A stretch of DNA of 64,000 nucleotides from an uncultured delta proteobacterium (GTDB taxonomy: Bacteria; Desulfobacterota; Binatia; UBA9968), in the NCBI GenBank assembly GCA_963840855.1, contig CAWJBB010000065.1, positions 32,001 through 96,000 on the forward strand, written 5' to 3'. Every line of letters starts with the position of its first letter. Position 1 is the first letter of the stretch. Shown here piece after piece: positions 58,207 to 64,000 of this stretch. A program made the position numbers and the translations under genes. The notes under the pieces are model-generated. The model saw nothing but the letters and a program-made list of their open reading frames with translations. It had not been told where the DNA came from and ran no database searches.

Positions 58207-58923
58207 TTAGTCGACCTTGATTTCAACCCGGCGGTTCTTCGCCCGGCCTTCTTTAGTCTTGTTGTCGGCAATGGGCTTAGATTCGCCGAATCCCTGACCG
58301 GAGATGCTGCCACTAGCTACGCCCTTCTTAACCACATAGTCTCTGACCGAATTCACGCGCCGCTCCGACAGCTTCTGGTTGTAAGCATCCGAGCCGACAT
58401 TATCGGTGTGCCCGGAAAGTGCCGCCTTCTTGTCTTTGTTCTCATTCAGGAAGGCAACCAAGCGATCTAAAATTGCCGCGGCTTCCGGCTTCACGTTGCT
58501 CCTGTCGAAATCAAAGAGCACGTCATCGAGGATTATCGTCCGCTCGACCTTCGGAGCCGGTTTCGGCGCCGGTGGTGGAGGAGGCGGTGGTGGCGGTGGC
58601 GGTGGCGGTGCCGGCGGTGGTGGTGGCGGCGGTGGAGGTGGAGGAGGTGGTGGTGGTGGCGGTGGCGGTTTTGGGTCTTCCGTCAATAGCCACGCAAGCC
58701 CGCCGCAGACCAAAGCGCCGGTAACTGCGCCGATCGCGGCTGAGGCCGCAATCGTCTTCCCGCCCTGATCCTGATTGTAACGCGTGGCGGCGCCACCCAG
58801 TCCCCCTATCGTTGCGCAAGTTGCGGCGCCGACCAGTGCCGCCTCGTTTTTCCTCATTACGCCCGTGCAGCTCGATAAGAATAACCCCGCCGCACTAAGA
58901 ACAAGCAATTTGTTTTTTAGCAT
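58207..58923 (-). CDS. OmpA-family peptidoglycan-binding lipoprotein with glycine zipper and polyproline linker
   Basis: Lipobox LSSC, Gly/Ala zipper, P19-A-P13, VLFDFDRS, GHTDNVGSDAYNQKLSERR, GFGESKPIADN..GRAKNRRVEI. Confidence 0.92.
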   Translation of the reverse strand: MLKNKLLVLSAAGLFLSSCTGVMRKNEAALVGAATCATIGGLGGAATRYNQDQGGKTIAASAAIGAVTGALVCGGLAWLLTEDPKPPPPPPPPPPPPPPPPPPPAPPPPPPPPPPPPPAPKPAPKVERTIILDDVLFDFDRSNVKPEAAAILDRLVAFLNENKDKKAALSGHTDNVGSDAYNQKLSERRVNSVRDYVVKKGVASGSISGQGFGESKPIADNKTKEGRAKNRRVEIKVD

Positions 58924-58960
58924 CTCGGCCCCCCCTTTGTCCTGGCTCGAAATTTTGCCT

Positions 58961-58989
58961 AAAGTAATTTAAGTAAGAATTGTTGTCAA
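58961..58989 (-). promoter_or_regulatory. Putative sigma70 promoter of the OmpA gene
   Basis: Minus strand TTGACA-17 bp-TACTTT in AT-rich DNA. Confidence 0.5.
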
Positions 58990-59212
58990 GTGAAAAATTG
59001 TTATTTTCATAATTTCTTTAGATAGCCAAATTGCGTCCAAAAGTGCCCAAAAGCGGTCAAAAGTCATATCTTCGTGCAACTATCGTCTAGGGTGTACGCC
59101 AGAGGCTCCACGCCGGTTATGCCGAGCAGACTGGCCGCGCCGCGCACCGCATCAGGTGTTACCGCACGAATCCCAACTGCTGGCCGATGCCGATTGGCGA
59201 ACTCACCCAGCC

Positions 59213-59385
59213 CTAGAGGGGGCAGGGCGTTGCTTTGAGCGCAATATTTGAAAAACAGTGCGGGCAGTCTTTGGTCGCGGCGCCGGCCTCGCCGTGGGCT
59301 TCTGCATTCGGTTGATTTGCTTGATCAACAAAAAATCGCAAACGCAATGAGGGTGGCCGCGCCGGCCGCTTTTGCCGCGGCCACC
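59213..59385 (-). pseudogene. mscL: Remnant of large-conductance mechanosensitive channel with C-terminal Cys ribbon
   Basis: Across frames: AAAKAAGAATL / IAFAIF / LIKQINRMQK / ATKDCPHCFSNIALKATPCP. The N-terminus and the NYG segment are missing. Confidence 0.6.
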
Positions 59386-59617
59386 TGGGGTAGTCCTCCA
59401 TCTTTGAGCATAAATGGCCGTCTCCTTGATCGTGAATTTCCGTCTGATTTCACGTGCTTGCGACTGCCGGTTCGCCGAACCCAGGGGTGATTTATATGGC
59501 CGCCGAGAACGAAAAGTCTAAACCAATTGCCACGCTACGGATGCCGATAACCCAAACTCGTGGCGCGCAACTATGCCGCTGATTGCTCGTCCAAGCTTCA
59601 GCAGGTATCGTTGAACT

Positions 59618-62539
59618 ATGACGGCTTTGAAGCCTGCGGCGTTCAGAGCGACGGTTTGCATTCTCGCCATCTTGCTTTTCACTTACATTGCGCTTCTGGC
59701 AACCGTTAATTCTGCGCGCTTCCAGGAATGGCTTAAGATCGAGCTGGCGGAACGGACCGGTTATGAGGTCGCCGCCGGGCAGTTATGGCTAGATCCGCTG
59801 CTACGGCTGACCTTAACCGCGGTGACGGCTTCAAAAGCCTCTAGACCGGTTCTGCAGGCCCACCGAATTAGCGTGACGCTTAGCCCTATGACCCTGTTTT
59901 CGAAAAGCATCCATCGTCTGCGCCTCGAAAAGCCGACTCTAATCCTGGATCTCGATGAACTGACGCAGGCGACCAAAGAACCGCCCTTGGACATCAGCAT
60001 TCGGCATCTGAATATCGAAGACGGCGTGCTCGTCTTTAGACTAGACAGCGGTAATTCCGTCGATTTCCGATCTTTGGCCATGAATGCGGAGAATGTAAAT
60101 CTCGGCCAGGCAAGCGGCTTAAATTTGCGCGCGGATGTCCCGTGGCTCCAGGGCGTTGCCGAGGTCGTGATCACAGGCGATGGAATGGAGAAACTAGCTA
60201 CGGTCCGCGTCGAGCAGCCGCCGAGCAAAGCCTTAAGGAATTACGTACAGCCCAAGCAGCGCGCGCCCGACGCGCTCGAGGCCGAGATCAAGTTCAGCAA
60301 AAAAGACGACGAATCTCTGCGCATCGGCGCCACCGGCAAGTCAAACGGGATGATGATGGAAGGCGAAAAATTCAGCGGCCATTTCGACCTGCGCGCCGAC
60401 CTTGGCGCAGATCGCAAGGAGGCCGATGTCGATGCCAAAATCGTCGCAACGGAACTGCCTCCACAAATGCGTTTTTTACCCATCGCCCTGCCCAAAGGAA
60501 TAACCACGCTCGTTCTCGAAGGGAATTTCGTGACGGCTGATAAGAAGTTGGAACTGCGATCCTTTAGCTTGCAGTCCCCCCTTGGCGATGTCAGCGGAAC
60601 GGGGCAAGTTGAATTCATCCCGGAGGTCACTTTCTCCAAGACCAAAGTAAGTCTCCGCAAGGTTCCGCTCGAGGCGTTAAAGTCTTTGCTTCCCAGCCCG
60701 GCAAACGTGCTCGCTTCCGATGGGCTTCTCGACGCTGACCTGGAGCTTCGCGGCGCTTGGCGCTCCGTGGCGATCCTGGGCACTGTCCAAGGTTCGGGCA
60801 TGCAACTTCGAAGCGAGCAGTTCTCTCTGGCGACGCTCAGTTTCAAAGCGCCGGTGCAATGGGTTAACTCTTCATTTCGTGCCGCCGATGTGCAGATTTC
60901 AGGGCAAAAACTGCGGGTCCGGCAAAAAAGTCAGACGCCTATTGCGGCTGAAGAGCTGCGCATCAATGGAACATGGGAAGCCAATGTCCGCGAATCCATG
61001 AAGGCCGCCGGCCAGATCCGGATCAATCAAGGTCGATTCGCGTCGCTAGATGGCACCCGTGTGGGCGAAAACCTGACCCTCGCCGGTCGCTTCGAAATAT
61101 CAAGCCACCAGGACACAAAAGAAACTTCCATAACCGGCAAACTGGATATCGAACAGGGAGAAATGCTCTGGGGAAAATTCTATGGCGATTTGAAATCGCA
61201 GCGCCCCTCGTTGCAAATCGATGGCGACTACGTTCCCGGCGCGGACGTTCTCAGAATGCGTCAGTTGAATCTTGCCTTGGCAACTGTCGGCAGGGTCGTC
61301 GCTCGGGGTGACATTGAACAAGCCTCGCAGATCCCGGTCCTGCGCCTCGAAATTAAAAGCGCCGACATTCAGCCTGCGGGATTTTTCGAGTTCTTCATTC
61401 GGCACACACTGAACAGGAGCTTTCCGGTACTGGATCAGCTAGCGGTTGGAGGTCGGCTGGGTTTCGCGGTGAAAACGCAGGGCACCCTTGATAATCTATC
61501 CGTCGAAGGCGCTATTCAATTGCGCGGCGGTGAGGTTCAAAACAAGTCTAAAAATTGGCAGGTCGGACCGTTACAGCTCGAACTGCCGTTCCGCATTCAG
61601 TACCCGGCAGCGGGCTTGTCTCCAACGCCGTCGAATATACCCACGGGCACTCTGACCATCGAGTCGGCCCGTTTTGGGGCCGAGGCGATGCCGGCCACAA
61701 AGACGGCGGTATCTTTGTGGAACAATGCTCTGCGGTTTCGCCAGCCGATTCGTTTGCCGATCTATGGCGGCATCTTGGAAATTTCCGACCTGGCATTCAG
61801 GGATCTTATAGAAGATCCCCAGGCGGTCTCGCTTTCGCTGGAGACGAAGAATCTGCAATTGCAGAGACTCACGGAAGCGTTGGGCTGGTATCGGTTCGGC
61901 GGCACGCTGTCCGGCTCTATACCCAAGATCGAATGGGCCGGCGGTTCTTTGCGCAGCCAAGGTCAGATTCAAGTGGACGTATTTGGTGGACGCGTGCAGA
62001 TCAGCAAGCTGGAGGTGGAGAGCCCATTTTCTTCTGTTCCGTCGGTCAAGTTGGATGCGCTGTTCCGCGATATCGATCTGGAGCAAGCTTCTGAGACTTT
62101 TGCATTCGGACGGATCTCGGGCACTCTGGAGGGGACACTCAATGAACTTGTGATGACAGCTGGACAACCGTCGCAATTTCGCGCAGACGTTCGCAGCACA
62201 GAAAAGCCCGGCGTCAGTCAACGCATCAGCGTCGACTCGTTGAACAAGATCACCGTGCTGAGCTCAGGCAACGATGCCGGAGCTCTCTATGGCGGGATCG
62301 CCGGTTTTTTCGATAGCTTTCGCTATAGCAAACTCGGCTTCAAGGCGACCCTGAAGAACGACAATCTCTCGCTGCGGGGCGTGGAGAGTCGTGGGGACAG
62401 CGAATATCTCGTCGTCGGCAGCCTGCTTCCGCCATCGGTCAACGTCGTCAGCCACACGCAAGCAATCGCCTTCACCGAGCTGCTGCTCCGACTGGAGCGC
62501 ATACAAGAATCCAAACCGCTGGAGAAGTCAGCCAACTAG
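59618..62539 (+). CDS. AsmA-like/YdbH-family intermembrane bridge protein
   Basis: N-terminal TM, beta-rich repeats (LPIYGG.LEI, VFGGRVQI, FGRISGTLEG, FRYSKLGF); followed by a YdbL-like gene. Confidence 0.7.
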   Translation: MTALKPAAFRATVCILAILLFTYIALLATVNSARFQEWLKIELAERTGYEVAAGQLWLDPLLRLTLTAVTASKASRPVLQAHRISVTLSPMTLFSKSIHRLRLEKPTLILDLDELTQATKEPPLDISIRHLNIEDGVLVFRLDSGNSVDFRSLAMNAENVNLGQASGLNLRADVPWLQGVAEVVITGDGMEKLATVRVEQPPSKALRNYVQPKQRAPDALEAEIKFSKKDDESLRIGATGKSNGMMMEGEKFSGHFDLRADLGADRKEADVDAKIVATELPPQMRFLPIALPKGITTLVLEGNFVTADKKLELRSFSLQSPLGDVSGTGQVEFIPEVTFSKTKVSLRKVPLEALKSLLPSPANVLASDGLLDADLELRGAWRSVAILGTVQGSGMQLRSEQFSLATLSFKAPVQWVNSSFRAADVQISGQKLRVRQKSQTPIAAEELRINGTWEANVRESMKAAGQIRINQGRFASLDGTRVGENLTLAGRFEISSHQDTKETSITGKLDIEQGEMLWGKFYGDLKSQRPSLQIDGDYVPGADVLRMRQLNLALATVGRVVARGDIEQASQIPVLRLEIKSADIQPAGFFEFFIRHTLNRSFPVLDQLAVGGRLGFAVKTQGTLDNLSVEGAIQLRGGEVQNKSKNWQVGPLQLELPFRIQYPAAGLSPTPSNIPTGTLTIESARFGAEAMPATKTAVSLWNNALRFRQPIRLPIYGGILEISDLAFRDLIEDPQAVSLSLETKNLQLQRLTEALGWYRFGGTLSGSIPKIEWAGGSLRSQGQIQVDVFGGRVQISKLEVESPFSSVPSVKLDALFRDIDLEQASETFAFGRISGTLEGTLNELVMTAGQPSQFRADVRSTEKPGVSQRISVDSLNKITVLSSGNDAGALYGGIAGFFDSFRYSKLGFKATLKNDNLSLRGVESRGDSEYLVVGSLLPPSVNVVSHTQAIAFTELLLRLERIQESKPLEKSAN

Positions 62540-62551
62540 ATGGGAGAAACC

Positions 62552-63136
62552 ATGTTAAAGAGGAGCTGTTTTGTTGTCGTATTTCTGCTGAGTGCGTGCG
62601 TTACGGTAAACATTTACTTCCCCGCGGCGGCCGTTGAAAGAGCCGCGGATCAGATCGTCAAGGAGACGTGGGGCAGCGGCCCCACAGAACCGGATAAAAA
62701 AGGGCAACCCCAAAGCAGGATTTTCAAGCCCGATGCGGCCACCGTGCTGTTTCACTTTGTCAACGAAGCGCACGCGCAAGAAGCCGATATCAATGTTTCA
62801 AACCCGGCGATTCGCGCGTTAAAGGATTCGATCAAAAATCGCAGCGAATTGCTCAAACCGTACATGGATCGCGGCAATGTCGGGATTACGCGCGATGGAC
62901 CGCTCGCGGTGCGCGCGACAGACGGTCTGAGTCTAAAGGAACGCGCCGAAGTCCAGCAGCTTGCAGATGCGGAAAATCGTGATCGCGAAGCGCTCTATCT
63001 CGAAATCGCCAAGGCCAATAACATTGCCAAGGAATCCGTGCCCAAGATCAAGGCGATTTTCGCCAAAAGCTGGGTCGAACAGGCAAGACCGGGCTGGTGG
63101 ATCCAAGACGCGCAGGGAAACTGGAGAAGAAAATAG
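62552..63136 (+). CDS. YnbE/YdbL (DUF1318)-type lipoprotein
   Basis: Lipobox LSAC then VTVNIYFPAAA; ENRDREALYLEIAKAN...FAKSW...PGWWIQDAQGNW. Confidence 0.8.
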   Translation: MLKRSCFVVVFLLSACVTVNIYFPAAAVERAADQIVKETWGSGPTEPDKKGQPQSRIFKPDAATVLFHFVNEAHAQEADINVSNPAIRALKDSIKNRSELLKPYMDRGNVGITRDGPLAVRATDGLSLKERAEVQQLADAENRDREALYLEIAKANNIAKESVPKIKAIFAKSWVEQARPGWWIQDAQGNWRRK

Positions 63137-63466
63137 TCGTATAATAGCGCGGACCCTGCAGGTTGCGCGTTGTCATTTCGAACGAAGAAAGAAAACTTTC
63201 TCTAGCGAATTGCCAACCTCTCAAGACAAGGGCGGGTTTGAAACCCGGATTCCGCAGTTAAAGCTAACGGCACGTGAGCGAGGCGCAAGCCTGGAGTAGC
63301 GAAGGCACTCAACTCCGAAATTTCAAAGTCCTTTTCGATGTTTCACACCGTTGTGACTCTTGAATTTCTCATCAAAGCACCGCTGATCGATATCCTCTCA
63401 GAGGCATAGACCCATTGACTTCGCTACGGAGGGGTTGCGTCTCGCTCTTTGCGTCGATCGCGAACT

Positions 63467-64000
63467 CTACCCTTTCCCTAGTTCCCGCGATCGCTCGGTG
63501 GCGTTGACCACGGCTTTCATCACCGTGCCCCGAAAGCCGCCTTGTTCGAGGGCATAGATGCCCGCGATGGTGGTGCCGCCCGGCGACGCTACTTCGTCTT
63601 TCAACTCACCGAGGTGCTTCGAGCTTTCGAGCGCCATGCGCGCAGCGCCGTAAACCGTTTGCATCGCCAGCTTGAGCGCTACGTCGCGCGCCAACCCCGC
63701 CTGCACGCCACCGTCGGCCAAGGCTTCCATAAAAAGAAAAACATAAGCCGGCCCACTGCCGCTCAGGCCGGTCACGGCATCCAAGTATCTCTCCTCCACC
63801 AGCATGGCGACGCCGAAACTGTTGAGAATCGAACCGACATGCTCAAGGTCTTGAGCCGTGGCGTGCGCCCCGCCGGCGTAACCGGCCGCTCCGGCACCTA
63901 CGACGCAAGGGATATTAGGCATGACGCGCACGACCCGGGCCTCCGGCGCGAGATTCGCTTCGAGCCGGGATAGCGGAACGCCCGCCGCCACCGAGACCAG
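63467..64000 (-). CDS. proC: Pyrroline-5-carboxylate reductase, 5' part outside the window
   Basis: VRVMPN, DAVTGLSGSGPAYVFLFMEALADGG, LKDEVASPGGTTIAG. Confidence 0.95.
   Translation of the reverse strand: MVSVAAGVPLSRLEANLAPEARVVRVMPNIPCVVGAGAAGYAGGAHATAQDLEHVGSILNSFGVAMLVEERYLDAVTGLSGSGPAYVFLFMEALADGGVQAGLARDVALKLAMQTVYGAARMALESSKHLGELKDEVASPGGTTIAGIYALEQGGFRGTVMKAVVNATERSRELGKG

Noticed and set aside
63300-63410. Possible PIN-toxin C-terminal remnant downstream of proC (…ALMRNSRVTTV*NIEKDFEISEL)
   Set aside because: Too short and degenerate to call by eye.
1-64000. tRNA, rRNA, riboswitch, prophage or integron integrase
   Set aside because: None recognised; GGTTCGA hits belong to REP elements without a cloverleaf. 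A covariance-model scan would be needed to exclude small RNAs.

Overview
A 64 kb bacterial chromosomal window. The orphan NMT1/SsuA-type solute-binding proteins, UbiD, Mo-hydroxylase and ComDE-like paralogs and the REP families suggest a deltaproteobacterium-like organism such as Ca. Binatia (inference). Four blocks. (1) 1.4-31.9 kb is a catabolic island: an LLM oxidoreductase, two xanthine-dehydrogenase-family large subunits with one CoxG/M/S set, two UbiD decarboxylases (one split by a clean IS5/ISNCY-type insertion), three two-subunit ThDP decarboxylase (ComD/ComE-like) pairs, two cyclic amidohydrolases with an ExH metal motif plus a remnant of a third, two deaminase-type amidohydrolases, a Rieske ferredoxin, and five solute-binding proteins with no permease or ATPase. 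(2) 32-33.6 kb holds small stress genes (CsbD, DUF1328, DUF3096, BON). (3) 33.7-47.2 kb is a defence-type island: toxin-antitoxin debris, an intact two-gene unknown pair, a 3-repeat CRISPR array and a type I-B/MYXAN cas operon (cas6-cas3-cas8-cas11-cas7-cas5-cas4/1-cas2). Cas11 appears to be a stand-alone gene, the operon is preceded by paired TGAC-N7-GTCA boxes and a WYL regulator, and cas3, cas4/1, WYL, ORF6N and DUF5678 are frameshifted. (4) 47.4-64 kb has a ferritin-like gene, clpB-grpE-dnaK-J-domain (RPD instead of HPD), a truncated response regulator, a basic DNA-binding protein, glycerate kinase, a polyproline OmpA lipoprotein, an mscL remnant, YdbH/YdbL-like genes and partial proC. Six miniature IS200/IS605-derived elements (two families whose guide and target tetramers covary) and many nested REP-like palindromes lie between genes. 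No rRNA or tRNA was recognised. All calls are by eye from motifs; no searches were run.
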